DNA of 64,000 nucleotides from Escherichia phage vB_EcoM-172859UKE1: the sequence record MZ234025.1, one strand, 5' to 3'. The number at the start of each line of letters is the position of its first letter. The first letter of the stretch is position 1. Below, piece by piece: positions 52,852 through 62,771 of this stretch. A program made the position numbers and the translations under genes. The notes under the pieces were generated by a model. It did no database searches. It saw only the letters and a list, made by a program, of their open reading frames with translations, and was not told the DNA's origin.

Positions 52852-55065
52852 ATGATTATTGAAACGGCTAAAGAAACGATTATTGGTTCAGGCGGTAAGA
52901 GCACAGCATTTACTATTCAAGGCAATAGCAAAGTTTATAAGATTTTGTCTAATGACCTTTATACAAACAAAGAATTGGCTTGTGTACGTGAATTAATCAC
53001 AAACTGTATCGATGGACAAATTCTTAACGGTTGCACTGATAAGTTTATTGTTCAGGCTCCAGGTCGTTTAGACCCACGTTTTGTAGTTCGAGACTTTGGT
53101 CCTGGTATGAGTGATTTCACCATTCGAGGTAATGACGAAGAGCCAGGAATCTATAACTCATATTTTGCTTCAACTAAAACATCGAGTAACGATTTCATTG
53201 GTGGATTCGGACTCGGCTCTAAAGCTCCACTAGCATATACCGATACGTTTAACCTTACGTCTTATCACAACGGTGAAGTTCGTGGTTACGTAATCTACCA
53301 AGATGACACGGGTCCACAAATTAAGCCAACCTTTGTAGATAAGATGGGCCCTGATGACCGTACGGGTGTAGAAGTAGTTGTACCGGTTAACCCAGAAGAT
53401 TTTGAAAAGTTCGCATCCGAAATTGCTTATGTTATGCGTCCTCTCGGCGATATTGCAGAAGTTCGTGGTGTTAAAGATATTAAATACTTCCCGGAATTCG
53501 ATGATGTTTATTTAGCCAAGGAAGCTCCATGGGGTGAACGTGGTAATATCATGGCTGTTTATGGCGGTATTGTATATCCAATCGGAAGTGTTATTAAAGA
53601 ACAAACATGGATGATGACACGATGCACTACAGCTTATATTAAATTCCCAATGGGTGAACTAGATGTTGCTCCGTCTCGCGAAGCATTGTCATTTGATAAA
53701 CGTACAGTAGCAAATATCCATAAACGCGTTGCAGAAATCGATGCTAAATTGTTCGCTGAAGATTCTAAGAAATGGATTGATTGTAAATACCCACGACATG
53801 TGTTCCGCGAAATTGATTCTCTTGGCTATACCGCTCGTAAATACATGGAAAAGGCCGGGTCTAATATTGAATCACTGAAATACTCTAAAGAACAACTAAC
53901 TTATTCTGAGTTGTACAAACGTTTTAAAATGGGACCTGAGTGGTGTAATCTTGGTGTCGTATACGATATCGTTGAATCCCCTCGTCTTCGTCGTATTCGT
54001 GAAAGTGGTAGCTCATCATCAACCATTTCAATTAACAGCCTGATTGGCATTAACATTAAAAACGTTGAAATTGTTATTGACGATGTTAAGGGACGCGTTC
54101 CATTAATGCGAGCTCTTAATTCAATTGAAATGTCTAAAGACGAGGTTAAATTATCCGGTAAAGTTCCACGCGGTTTTGGTAAAAGCGTACTATTCGTTGA
54201 CCCTACAGACGAAGACGCAATGAAACTTCTGGAACGCCTTAAAGTTATCTTTGATGGCGACAACATTAACATGTACAAGACTTCAGAGCTTTTACAAATC
54301 GTTAAGCCATGGATTGAAGTCAGGAAACGGACTAATGAGCCTCGTCCTAAATCCCCGAGTGCTCATCGATTCTTTAAGAATGAAAACGATGTTTGGGTAT
54401 CAGAAGACCTCTTTATTCCGGCAAGTGAAGCAGATGAAATCCAAGGTTATGCTATAGTTCGTAATCGTTCTAATGCTGAATGTCTTGACGCAGATAAAGG
54501 TTGGTTGAACTATGACTCCAATTTCTTGACCCGTATTGCTGATTTGTCAGGTATTAAAGAGTTCACTGTAGTTCGTCCACAGATTGCTAAGAAAGTTCGT
54601 AAACTTGGTGAAGTAGAATGCTTGTTCGAAAAATCAATTAATGACTATATTACGCTAATTGATAAAGTGGATTATGATGAGTATGTATCACCAAGTCGTA
54701 GAGCACAGCCTTATTTGAATCATATTACTCGTAACGAAGAGCTTAACTTCCTTAGTAAGTATTTTAGCTCTAAGAACAAAGAAATCAGTAAAGACTTTGC
54801 AAAACTCTCAACAGTAAATAATCGTTGGGGATGGAATCGATTCGCAGGTGCTACTAATACAGACCTGAATAAGAAGTTAGAATTGTGTGCTAAAATTTTC
54901 GATAAGCTTAAAGATAATGCTTACGATAATGATGATAAAATGGTTATTGAATTCGAAACCAATTATCATATTGTGTCAGAATACATGGGACGACGTGGTA
55001 CTCTTTCCAAAGAACAGGTCGCTCAAATCGTTAAATTCATGAAGGCCGTGGAAGCGGCCAAATAA
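52852..55065 (+). CDS. rIIA: rIIA membrane-associated protein
   Basis: 737 aa; N-terminal ATPase-like region ...ELITNCID...GPGMSD...FIGGFGLGSKA closely matches T4 rIIA. Confidence 0.9.
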   Translation: MIIETAKETIIGSGGKSTAFTIQGNSKVYKILSNDLYTNKELACVRELITNCIDGQILNGCTDKFIVQAPGRLDPRFVVRDFGPGMSDFTIRGNDEEPGIYNSYFASTKTSSNDFIGGFGLGSKAPLAYTDTFNLTSYHNGEVRGYVIYQDDTGPQIKPTFVDKMGPDDRTGVEVVVPVNPEDFEKFASEIAYVMRPLGDIAEVRGVKDIKYFPEFDDVYLAKEAPWGERGNIMAVYGGIVYPIGSVIKEQTWMMTRCTTAYIKFPMGELDVAPSREALSFDKRTVANIHKRVAEIDAKLFAEDSKKWIDCKYPRHVFREIDSLGYTARKYMEKAGSNIESLKYSKEQLTYSELYKRFKMGPEWCNLGVVYDIVESPRLRRIRESGSSSSTISINSLIGINIKNVEIVIDDVKGRVPLMRALNSIEMSKDEVKLSGKVPRGFGKSVLFVDPTDEDAMKLLERLKVIFDGDNINMYKTSELLQIVKPWIEVRKRTNEPRPKSPSAHRFFKNENDVWVSEDLFIPASEADEIQGYAIVRNRSNAECLDADKGWLNYDSNFLTRIADLSGIKEFTVVRPQIAKKVRKLGEVECLFEKSINDYITLIDKVDYDEYVSPSRRAQPYLNHITRNEELNFLSKYFSSKNKEISKDFAKLSTVNNRWGWNRFAGATNTDLNKKLELCAKIFDKLKDNAYDNDDKMVIEFETNYHIVSEYMGRRGTLSKEQVAQIVKFMKAVEAAK

Positions 55066-55074
55066 GGAAACATT

Positions 55075-56022
55075 ATGTACAATATTAAATGCTTGTCCCA
55101 AGAAGAACAGTTAGAAGCTTACGGCCTGGTTGAATCAGGCAAATGGACTCGTAAAGAAATTGCCGATTACTTCGACATTTCAACAGATACTCTTCGTAAG
55201 ATTGTTAAGAATTTTAAAGCAGAAGGCGTTGTCCCTGAAGCAAACGATGCCTCTTATGTAATCGAAGAAGTTCCAGAAAATGATGAACCTATTATCGGCG
55301 GACATCGTCCTGAAATCGTATGGAACGCGTCATCTAAATTTATTTCAATTATTGAAGGACGCGTAGCATACAATGCGACTCCATCAAGTCATGCAAATTT
55401 TGAAGAAATTAAAGCTAATCTGGTCGCAGGAAACCTTAGTAAAGCTGTCGAACTTATTAACATCAAGAAAGCTATTAGTAAGTTTGTTGACGGTAATGTC
55501 GTTATTGAAGGTGGTAGTTTATTTTATCAAGGTATAGAGATTCGTTCTGGCCTGGTTAATCGTATTATTGATTCTATGGAAAAAGGCGAAGACTTTAAAT
55601 TCTATCTACCGTTCCTTGAAAACCTGTTAGAAAACCCAAGCGAAAAAGCTGTACAACGTTTATTCGACTTCTTGGTTGCAAATGATATTGAAATCACTGA
55701 AGATGGGCATTTCTACGCGTGGAAAGTAGTTCGTAAAGATTATTTAGATTGCTATAGCGGTACATTTGATAACTCACCAGGTAAAGTTGTTTCAATGCCT
55801 CGTACTCGTGTTAACGATGATGATACACAAACCTGCTCCCGTGGTCTACATGTTTGCGCTAAATCGTATATTCGTTACTTTGGTTCTAGCTCAGATAAAG
55901 TTGTTAAGGTTAAAGTTCATCCACGTGATGTTGTATCTATCCCAGTTGACTATGGCGATGCTAAGATGCGTACTTGTCGTTATGAAGTAATTTCAGACGT
56001 TACTGAATTATTTGCAGAATAA
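55075..56022 (+). CDS. rIIB: rIIB protein
   Basis: 315 aa; MYNIKCL... and C-terminal ...PGKVVSMPRTRVNDDDTQTCSRGLHVC... match T4 rIIB. Confidence 0.9.
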   Translation: MYNIKCLSQEEQLEAYGLVESGKWTRKEIADYFDISTDTLRKIVKNFKAEGVVPEANDASYVIEEVPENDEPIIGGHRPEIVWNASSKFISIIEGRVAYNATPSSHANFEEIKANLVAGNLSKAVELINIKKAISKFVDGNVVIEGGSLFYQGIEIRSGLVNRIIDSMEKGEDFKFYLPFLENLLENPSEKAVQRLFDFLVANDIEITEDGHFYAWKVVRKDYLDCYSGTFDNSPGKVVSMPRTRVNDDDTQTCSRGLHVCAKSYIRYFGSSSDKVVKVKVHPRDVVSIPVDYGDAKMRTCRYEVISDVTELFAE

Positions 56023-56027
56023 TAATT

Positions 56028-56050
56028 GGGGACTTCGGTCCCCTTTTTTC
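56028..56050 (+). terminator. rho-independent terminator
   Basis: GGGGAC-ttcg-GTCCCC hairpin followed by TTTTTT. Confidence 0.8.
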
Positions 56051-56063
56051 TTTAGGGGTAATT

Positions 56064-56351
56064 ATGATTCATCCATTTGACGTATCAGAATCCAAAATTG
56101 CTAATCTTCGTGGTCATCATAAGTGTAAATCAGTTTATTGTGCTAAATTGGTAAAACATCCTGGCGATGCACACTATGGTTGGTTAGAATGCGACGAAGT
56201 TGTTATTGAAATCCCACTGGTAGATGCAGAATATCTTGAAGAAGGTGACCGCATTTATTTTGGCGAACTACACATCAGAGGTATCTATGGTAAAGACGAA
56301 CTTGGGACTGTTGAGACTGAAGAATCTTCCGACATTTATCCTGTCGAATGA
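56064..56351 (+). CDS. hypothetical protein
   Basis: 95-aa ORF. Confidence 0.45.
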   Translation: MIHPFDVSESKIANLRGHHKCKSVYCAKLVKHPGDAHYGWLECDEVVIEIPLVDAEYLEEGDRIYFGELHIRGIYGKDELGTVETEESSDIYPVE

Positions 56352-56367
56352 GTTTTTGACTAGTGAA

Positions 56368-56844
56368 ATGAAGGTGAAGATTGCTGACACTGCTCGGTAT
56401 TCCCTGAGCCAAAATCCTGACCAAAACAAAGAAGACGTTGTTCGACGTTGTAAGGTTGCAGTCTTTGCAGAGTATGTAGTAGCAAATTGGCTAGACGGAT
56501 ATGTTAATAAAGGTAATGAAGACGTAGAAGACCCGTACACGTATGCATGGGACGTTTTAGCTCATCCTAAATACTGCGGGTTACGTGTCGAAGTCAAGAC
56601 GCACCAGATCGATTCTAAATGGATTTCGGTTACCACAGGATACAGTGGTGATTATCCAGGTGGCAACGGAATCAACATAGGGCCCTTCTTGAATCATCGA
56701 GTCGCAGATTGCATTATTATATTAGATGTCAAAGAAACCTCACCTGACGTCTTCTCTTATTCTATAAAGTTCGTGGGAGACCATGAGGACCTAAAGAAAA
56801 TCGTCCGCAAGAGCAACTACAACGGGTGGTATCTTCATCTTTAA
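56368..56844 (+). CDS. hypothetical protein with PD-(D/E)xK-like motif (possible nuclease)
   Basis: 158-aa ORF from internal ATG; D...EVK arrangement (DPYTYAWD...RVEVKT); start uncertain. Confidence 0.4.
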   Translation: MKVKIADTARYSLSQNPDQNKEDVVRRCKVAVFAEYVVANWLDGYVNKGNEDVEDPYTYAWDVLAHPKYCGLRVEVKTHQIDSKWISVTTGYSGDYPGGNGINIGPFLNHRVADCIIILDVKETSPDVFSYSIKFVGDHEDLKKIVRKSNYNGWYLHL

Positions 56845-56856
56845 TTTCATAAAAGT

Positions 56857-56892
56857 GTTTACAACTAAGTAGGACTATGATATAGTAGTCCT
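56857..56892 (+). promoter_or_regulatory. early promoter GTTTAC / TATAGT within inverted repeat AGGACTA/TAGTCCT
   Basis: GTTTAC 56857-56862, 18-bp spacer, TATAGT 56881-56886. Confidence 0.55.
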
Positions 56893-56912
56893 ATCTAAAA
56901 GAGGATAACATT

Positions 56913-57176
56913 ATGAAATTTAAATTTTTCTACGCAAAACATAAAGTAACAGGCGAATTTGTTTCAATGTACAACACCGCCGATGACGAAGGGATGATTT
57001 ATACCCATTTGGGTCTATCTCATTGGGACTCAGACGTGCCTTATATGTCATCTGAAGCCGAAATAACTCGTTTAGTTAACGGACATATGAACGACCATTT
57101 TAGTGTTATTCTTTCTAAAGACCTTAAAGAGGTTATCAACAAAGGATATATGGAACTCGCGGAAGTTGAGATATGA
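56913..57176 (+). CDS. hypothetical protein
   Basis: 87-aa ORF. Confidence 0.5.
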   Translation: MKFKFFYAKHKVTGEFVSMYNTADDEGMIYTHLGLSHWDSDVPYMSSEAEITRLVNGHMNDHFSVILSKDLKEVINKGYMELAEVEI

Positions 57177-57368
57177 GTTCTAAAATGTGGATCGGAATAT
57201 GGTTGCTTAGTATCCCTATGATTTGTATAATATCTTCAATTGCATTGAGGTACTTATGAAAAATGCACTTCTTATTGTACTAAGAACAATTTGTGATACG
57301 GGTTTTTACATTGCATGTTCGTTCACTGGAACATGGTTGGCTTTAACATATTTTAATGTAATTTAATT

Positions 57369-57406
57369 GTTTACATCAAGGTAGGATTATGGTATAGTAG
57401 TCCTAC
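57369..57406 (+). promoter_or_regulatory. early promoter GTTTAC / TATAGT within inverted repeat GTAGGA/TCCTAC
   Basis: GTTTAC 57369-57374, 18-bp spacer, TATAGT 57393-57398. Confidence 0.55.
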
Positions 57407-57426
57407 TGAAACATGAGGAACACAAA

Positions 57427-57627
57427 ATGGCTAAGCTTTTTAAAGATGTTGAAATTGGTGAAAAATTTGTCCTGAATAATGGTCAGCAGCTTATTCGTGT
57501 AGCTTCTATCGCCGGACAAACTCATAACTGTATCGCCCCAACGTGTTGGACTCGATTCTTTATTGAAGATGACACTGAATGTTTAACTGTTGAAGAGCTT
57601 TTTGAACGTTCTGATATAGCCGAATAA
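57427..57627 (+). CDS. hypothetical protein
   Basis: 66-aa ORF after GAGGAACACAAA RBS. Confidence 0.45.
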   Translation: MAKLFKDVEIGEKFVLNNGQQLIRVASIAGQTHNCIAPTCWTRFFIEDDTECLTVEELFERSDIAE

Positions 57628-57630
57628 AAT

Positions 57631-57665
57631 TGTACAAACTCTTGAGAGCAGAGTATAATGCTCTC
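57631..57665 (+). promoter_or_regulatory. early promoter TGTACA / TATAAT flanked by inverted repeat GAGAGC/GCTCTC
   Basis: TGTACA 57631-57636, 17-bp spacer, TATAAT 57654-57659. Confidence 0.55.
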
Positions 57666-57703
57666 ATGGATTACAAAAACATTAATCAATTGAGGAAATT
57701 AGC

Positions 57704-58150
57704 ATGTCCAAATATTTAACTCGTAAAGACCTTCTGGCAGTTGGCGGTGAAGTTGTTGCAGTAGTTCGTAACGGCGAATACGGTTCTGAAGTTTCTAAAG
57801 AGTTTCGTTCTCGTGAAGGTTTTTACTTCTTTGTTAAAGGTTCATCTGATTGGCGACAAGTAGCAGCACGATTCTTTGTAGGACGTCAACGTTCTAAACA
57901 AGGGTTGGATGCAATTCTTTCTCACATTCGTCAAGGCCGTTCGCAACTAGCCCGTACTATGGGCACTAACAATATTGAATATGATGTAATCTTTGTTGCA
58001 GCTAAGAACATGAAACCACTGACCACTGGTTATGGTAAAGGTCAATTGACTCTGGCATTCACTCGCAACCATACATCAGAATATCAAACACTCACTGAAA
58101 TGAACCGTCTTCTGGCAGATAATTTCAAATTCATTCTGCAGAGTTACTAA
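57704..58150 (+). CDS. ndd: nucleoid disruption protein Ndd
   Basis: 148 aa; ...[26 protein letters not shown]...[16 protein letters not shown] closely matches T4 Ndd. Confidence 0.85.
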   Translation: MSKYLTRKDLLAVGGEVVAVVRNGEYGSEVSKEFRSREGFYFFVKGSSDWRQVAARFFVGRQRSKQGLDAILSHIRQGRSQLARTMGTNNIEYDVIFVAAKNMKPLTTGYGKGQLTLAFTRNHTSEYQTLTEMNRLLADNFKFILQSY

Positions 58151-58202
58151 TTTATACAGGCCTATTAAGTTGGGCCTTTAATTTATTTTTGAGGTAATTA
58201 AA

Positions 58203-58349
58203 ATGATAGCATGGATTATTGCATTGCTGTGTTGGTCGTTTTTATTCGTTAACACTTTAGTTACAGGCGAAACAACAGTATTTCAACAGGCCGTATCACA
58301 AGGTACCTTAGCGGTCTTAGCTCTTCTTAACGTGTTAAAAGGCGAGTAA
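58203..58349 (+). CDS. small membrane peptide
   Basis: 48-aa hydrophobic ORF after GAGGTAATTAAA. Confidence 0.35.
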   Translation: MIAWIIALLCWSFLFVNTLVTGETTVFQQAVSQGTLAVLALLNVLKGE

Positions 58350-58489
58350 TGATTAAGAAAATCGTAGCAGGAGCCTTCGGGCTCTTGTTGTTGATTACGG
58401 TTCTGTACTACGGTGTGATGTTTGGGCTAATCCAAGTAGTGCTTTTCATTTCAGATGTTATAATGGTTATTCGTTCATTAATATGGTGA
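58349..58489 (+). CDS. small membrane peptide
   Basis: 46-aa hydrophobic ORF, TAATG-coupled. Confidence 0.35.
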   Translation: MIKKIVAGAFGLLLLITVLYYGVMFGLIQVVLFISDVIMVIRSLIW

Positions 58490-58493
58490 AAAT

Positions 58494-59819
58494 ATGCAAT
58501 TGAATTCTCGTAATCTAAAAAGTATTATTGATAACGAAGCCTTAGCATATGCGATGTACACCGTTGAAAACCGTGCAATCCCAAACATGATTGATGGATT
58601 TAAGCCGGTTCAACGTTTTGTGGTTCATCGTGCGTTAGATTTGGCTCGTGGTAATAAAGAAAAATTTCATAAACTTGCGTCAATTGCAGGCGGTGTTGCA
58701 GATTTAGGTTATCACCATGGTGAATCTTCTGCACAAGATGCAGGTGCATTGATGGCTAACACATGGAACAACAACTATCCACTGTTAGATGGCCAAGGCA
58801 ACTTTGGTTCTCGAACAGTCCAAAAAGCTGCAGCATCTCGTTATATTTTTGCTCGTGTAAGTAAAAATTTCTATAACGTATATAAAGATACTGAATATGC
58901 TCCAGCTCATGAAGATAAAGAACACATTCCACCAAAATTCTATCTTCCTATTATTCCGACAGTTCTTTTGAATGGTGTCTCTGGTATTGCAACCGGTTAC
59001 GCAACAAATATTCTGCCTCATAGTTTTAAATCAGTCAAAAAGGCCGTATTACAAGCTCTTCAAGGTAAAAATGTCACTAAGCCAAAAGTTGAATTCCCGG
59101 AATTCCGTGGTGAAGTACATGAAGTTGATGGGCGTTATGAGATTCACGGAACATATAAGTTCACATCTCGCACTCAAATGCAGATAACTGAAATCCCATA
59201 TAAATTCGACCGTGAAACGTATGTGAGTAAGGTTCTCGACCCGTTGGAAGACAAAGGTCTAATCTCATGGGAAGACGATTGTGGTGAACACGGCTTTGGG
59301 TTTAAGGTGAAGTTCCGTAAAGAGTACTCGCTTCCTGATGATGAAGAGCTACGTCATGAAAAAATCATGAAAGATTTTAGTCTCATCGAACGTCGTTCAC
59401 AAAACATCACAGTGATTAATGAAAAGGGTAAATTAGCAGTCTACGATAACGTAGTGGACTTAATCAAAGATTTTGTTGAAGTCCGTAAGACTTACGTTCA
59501 GAAACGTATTGACAACAAAATCCTTGAATCTGAAAAAGCATTTAAACTTGCTTTTGCTAAGGCACACTTCATCAAAAAAGTTATTACAGGTGAAATTGTG
59601 ATTCAGGGCAAGACTCGTAAAGCTTTGACTGAAGAGCTAGCACAAATCGAAATGTATAAAGAACATGTCGATAAACTGGTAGGTCTTAACATCTTCCATA
59701 TCACTTCCGACGAAGCACGTAAACTGGCAGAAGAAGCTAAAGCTAAGAAAGAAGAAAATGAGTATTGGAAGTCTACTGATGTTGTGACAGAGTACACTAA
59801 AGACTTGGAGGCACTTTGA
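58494..59819 (+). CDS. 52: DNA topoisomerase II medium subunit gp52 (GyrA-like)
   Basis: 441 aa; MQLNSRNLKSIIDNEALAYAMYTVENRAIPNMIDGFKPVQRF near-identical to T4 gp52. Confidence 0.95.
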   Translation: MQLNSRNLKSIIDNEALAYAMYTVENRAIPNMIDGFKPVQRFVVHRALDLARGNKEKFHKLASIAGGVADLGYHHGESSAQDAGALMANTWNNNYPLLDGQGNFGSRTVQKAAASRYIFARVSKNFYNVYKDTEYAPAHEDKEHIPPKFYLPIIPTVLLNGVSGIATGYATNILPHSFKSVKKAVLQALQGKNVTKPKVEFPEFRGEVHEVDGRYEIHGTYKFTSRTQMQITEIPYKFDRETYVSKVLDPLEDKGLISWEDDCGEHGFGFKVKFRKEYSLPDDEELRHEKIMKDFSLIERRSQNITVINEKGKLAVYDNVVDLIKDFVEVRKTYVQKRIDNKILESEKAFKLAFAKAHFIKKVITGEIVIQGKTRKALTEELAQIEMYKEHVDKLVGLNIFHITSDEARKLAEEAKAKKEENEYWKSTDVVTEYTKDLEAL

Positions 59820-59895
59820 GTGCCCTAGTCTTAGGATTTCTCGGTGCAATAGCTGCACTAGTGATTTGGCTGTATTGGTTGGACAAACATGATTA

Positions 59896-59916
59896 GGGAG
59901 CTTCGGCTCCCTTTTG
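59896..59916 (+). terminator. rho-independent terminator
   Basis: GGGAGC-ttcg-GCTCCC hairpin followed by TTTT. Confidence 0.7.
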
Positions 59917-59936
59917 TGCATTTTTCTCACAAAACA

Positions 59937-59965
59937 GTTTACATGTGCTTCAAACATGATATTAT
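59937..59965 (+). promoter_or_regulatory. early promoter GTTTAC / TATTAT for motA
   Basis: GTTTAC 59937-59942, 17-bp spacer, TATTAT 59960-59965. Confidence 0.55.
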
Positions 59966-60004
59966 AGACCTATCAAAACAAAACAACCGAATTGGAGAAA
60001 TAAA

Positions 60005-60637
60005 ATGTCTAAAGTTGCTTACATCATCAAAGCTTCCGAAAACGCTCTTAATGAAAAAACTGCTGCAATAATGGTTTACATCATTAAGAACAACTTCACC
60101 ACTGCTGCCAATGTCCGTGAAGCTCTGGAAGCGGAATACAATGCATCGGTTGTTAACTCTAACATTGGTGTATTGATTAAGAAAGGTTTAGTCGAAAAAT
60201 CTGGTGATGGACTTATAGCAACAGGCGAAGCAATGGATATTATCCAAAAAGCTGCAGACCTATTTGCTCAAGAAAATGCTCCAGAACTTCTTCAGAAACG
60301 TAACACCAGAAAAGCACGTGGAGTTACTCCTGAAATGCATGAATTAGCAAACTTTGTTTTTGAAAATATTAAAGATAAAGTTGAAGTTAAAGAAATTGGT
60401 GAAAACCGTAGTAACTTGGAAGTTCGATTTGCAAAACGAGTTCTAGGTATTCGTCAGATCGAAATTCGTCGAGATGGTTCTCTTAGAATCTTTGCATACA
60501 ACATGTCAGAAACTGAATCAAAGCTGTTTACTTCTCTTGAAAATGATGTTAAGATTAAGATCGGTGGTAAATATACTTACATTGACTTCCCTAATGTGTC
60601 CAAAGAAATCATTACCCTTGTAACTAACGTACTGTGA
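60005..60637 (+). CDS. motA: middle transcription activator MotA
   Basis: 210 aa; MSKVAYIIKASENALNEKTA...NSNIGVLIKKGLVEKSGDGLI closely matches T4 MotA. Confidence 0.9.
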   Translation: MSKVAYIIKASENALNEKTAAIMVYIIKNNFTTAANVREALEAEYNASVVNSNIGVLIKKGLVEKSGDGLIATGEAMDIIQKAADLFAQENAPELLQKRNTRKARGVTPEMHELANFVFENIKDKVEVKEIGENRSNLEVRFAKRVLGIRQIEIRRDGSLRIFAYNMSETESKLFTSLENDVKIKIGGKYTYIDFPNVSKEIITLVTNVL

Positions 60638-60647
60638 GGAATACATA

Positions 60648-60977
60648 ATGAATAAGCTGAATATTATTAACGAACTTCGTAAATGTGCAGAACCTACTCA
60701 GGAAGGATGGGATATTTGGTACCACGGGGCTTATTTAGGGACAATTGTAAAGATTAAAGCAGGCCAATATATGGTTATTCGTGAAAATAATGACGCACCA
60801 TTTGGCCTTCGTAAAAACTACATGGCAGCGATCAGTTCATTTGTTGATGCCGCTTACGAAATCTATAAAGAAGATTATAAAGAATATCAGCAGTCACAAC
60901 CGGTTATTCGTTCGATCGGTGTAAATAAACAAGCACAAAAATCTATTTGGCAACGTATTAAAGGATGGTTTAAATGA
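60648..60977 (+). CDS. hypothetical protein
   Basis: 109-aa ORF. Confidence 0.5.
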   Translation: MNKLNIINELRKCAEPTQEGWDIWYHGAYLGTIVKIKAGQYMVIRENNDAPFGLRKNYMAAISSFVDAAYEIYKEDYKEYQQSQPVIRSIGVNKQAQKSIWQRIKGWFK

Positions 60978-61435
60978 AAACTTTTAAAGAACGTTTAGCT
61001 CTGTTAGATAAAGCTTTGTCGCGTGAGACTCCGGAAAGTCTGGCTGCTAAATTAGCTTCTTACGGCGGTGAATATACAGAACAAAATGTTTTAGATGAAG
61101 TTCCTGAAATCTGTTGGCAGACTCTGTATTGGGATGAAAACCAAAAGTATCAACGACGAATTGTCTGCGCAGCCAACCGTTTTAAATTAAAAGATGGACG
61201 AACTCTTATTATTCCAGGTGCTCGTCATTATTCTAAAGATATGGCAGAAGTTTTAGATGTAGTTAAACCTCAATTAGTTACTCAACAAGTTTGTGATGAT
61301 GACCAAGGGTTTATTGACCAATATAGTAATTATTGGACACGTGAAGAAGCAATGATTATTGCAACTTACGCTGGACAAGTACGTATTGAACGTGGTGGTA
61401 ATGAAAAAGAACTTTACTCTGAGGACCTTTACTAA
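60974..61435 (+). CDS. hypothetical protein
   Basis: 153-aa ORF, ATGA-coupled. Confidence 0.5.
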   Translation: MKTFKERLALLDKALSRETPESLAAKLASYGGEYTEQNVLDEVPEICWQTLYWDENQKYQRRIVCAANRFKLKDGRTLIIPGARHYSKDMAEVLDVVKPQLVTQQVCDDDQGFIDQYSNYWTREEAMIIATYAGQVRIERGGNEKELYSEDLY

Positions 61436-61716
61436 TGAATCTTAAACAACTCCAGATTGATGCTATTGAAGCCCACATTAATCATATCAAACGCCTGAAT
61501 GCTATGATGGAAGAAAATTATGGTATGTATGCTAATCAGCCTGGTTGGGATGCTTTAGACCATCCTTATTTGGTTAATTTATGTAAAGGTGATACGTTAG
61601 CAATTATTCGTGATGGGTTAAAACCTTTCTTGCGCGACATGTATATTAAAATGAACGAAGAAATTATTGGCTCGTTGCAATATCAATTAAGGAAATTAGA
61701 TGATGAGAATAATTGA
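61435..61716 (+). CDS. hypothetical protein
   Basis: 93-aa ORF, TAATG-coupled. Confidence 0.45.
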   Translation: MNLKQLQIDAIEAHINHIKRLNAMMEENYGMYANQPGWDALDHPYLVNLCKGDTLAIIRDGLKPFLRDMYIKMNEEIIGSLQYQLRKLDDENN

Positions 61717-61918
61717 TTCTAAAGCAGATTATTTTAATTCTGTTAATGATAAGAATAAAGCTTTAATTCGCCACTTTATTACTGAGATGGGATATACTAA
61801 CTCTAAAGATTTGAAAGAGCACATTATAGAATGTTCTGTGGCTAAAAAGTTTTCTTTTACCGATAAATGTTTAAACGAGGTTATAAAGCATTATGAACAA
61901 TCTTGTAGCAAAACATGA
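61700..61918 (+). CDS. hypothetical protein
   Basis: 72-aa ORF. Confidence 0.4.
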   Translation: MMRIIDSKADYFNSVNDKNKALIRHFITEMGYTNSKDLKEHIIECSVAKKFSFTDKCLNEVIKHYEQSCSKT

Positions 61919-62001
61919 TTTCAATAAGGCTTCTGTCCATAAGGACAAGAAGAAATCAGAACTTCAATCTAAACGCAAACAAAAACATAAGGGTAAAGAC
62001 T

Positions 62002-62301
62002 ATGCTTACTAAAATCAAAGAAAATCCTGCCACTGAACTTGTTATTCGTTGTGAAGAACTTGCAGAGCTTTATCAGGTTAACCGAGAAGTGTGTCGTAGT
62101 GTTATCGTAGATATGGCAGATGAAGTATGTTCTCGTATTCCTTTTAGTGTCGATTTCAATCACATGAAGCCTGGTGAAATCACTATCGTCTTTGGTTCTG
62201 ACTATACTGAAGAACGGGCTCTTAACGCCCTAGAATATGAAATGTCGTTTTTCGACATACAGGACTATATTGATAGTTATAAGGAACGATATGAGTCATA
62301 A
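62002..62301 (+). CDS. hypothetical protein
   Basis: 99-aa ORF from internal ATG (MLTKIKENP...); the N-terminal extension from 61915 looks low-complexity. Confidence 0.4.
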   Translation: MLTKIKENPATELVIRCEELAELYQVNREVCRSVIVDMADEVCSRIPFSVDFNHMKPGEITIVFGSDYTEERALNALEYEMSFFDIQDYIDSYKERYES

Positions 62302-62452
62302 TCTTCAGAACGTAGTAGAGGCCGAACGCGAGCGTGAGGCTTTAGTCTATAATGAACTATTAGCTCTGTTCTTAGCCTTAAACTCGTACGAACAGGAAGA
62401 CTACATTGATTACGTTAAAAGCGTAGAAAAAGCCGTTTACAATCAACACTGA
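62291..62452 (+). CDS. hypothetical small protein
   Basis: 53-aa ORF from ATG after AAGGAACGAT. Confidence 0.3.
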   Translation: MSHNLQNVVEAEREREALVYNELLALFLALNSYEQEDYIDYVKSVEKAVYNQH

Positions 62453-62464
62453 TAATGGTACTAT
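62435..62464 (+). promoter_or_regulatory. early promoter GTTTAC / TACTAT for asiA
   Basis: GTTTAC 62435-62440, 18-bp spacer, TACTAT 62459-62464. Confidence 0.5.
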
Positions 62465-62498
62465 ATCCATATCAACTAAGTGGAATGAATAAAACGTT

Positions 62499-62771
62499 AT
62501 GAATAAAGACATTGAAATCGTACGTGAAATTATTACTATTGCTTCTATTTTGATTAAATTCTCTAGGGAAGATATTGTTGAAGACCGAGCAAGTTTCATC
62601 GGATTCTTGAATGAGATTGGAATTAAAAAAGATGGTCGGCAGCTAAATCAGAATTCGTTCAGAAAACTAATTACAAATTTAACTGCCGAAGAAAAGAAAA
62701 CACTGATTAGTGAATTCAATGAAGGTTTTGAAAATATTTATCGTCATTTAGCGATGTATTCTAACAACTAA
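62499..62771 (+). CDS. asiA: anti-sigma-70 factor AsiA
   Basis: 90 aa; ...VREIITIASILIKFSREDIVEDRASFIGFLNEIG... near-identical to T4 AsiA. Confidence 0.9.
   Translation: MNKDIEIVREIITIASILIKFSREDIVEDRASFIGFLNEIGIKKDGRQLNQNSFRKLITNLTAEEKKTLISEFNEGFENIYRHLAMYSNN

Noticed and set aside
59816-59894. Tiny hydrophobic ORF after gene 52 as an stp/ac-like peptide
   Set aside because: Would require a TTG start overlapping the gene 52 stop, and has no similarity to known peptides I can recall.
1410-59965. Recurring GTTTAC...TATAAT...TATCAA elements looked at first like a dispersed repeat family or CRISPR-like array
   Set aside because: They are irregularly spaced, always upstream of a + strand ORF with the correct -35/-10 spacing, and lack repeat-spacer periodicity; interpreted as early promoters.
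57-62599. Numerous minus-strand ORFs of 60-200 aa in the six-frame track (e.g. 57..413, 17007..17498, 21496..22089, 23002..23442, 32238..32603, 42483..42962)
   Set aside because: They lie wholly inside well-supported + strand genes, have no RBS/promoter context and low-complexity composition typical of shadow ORFs.
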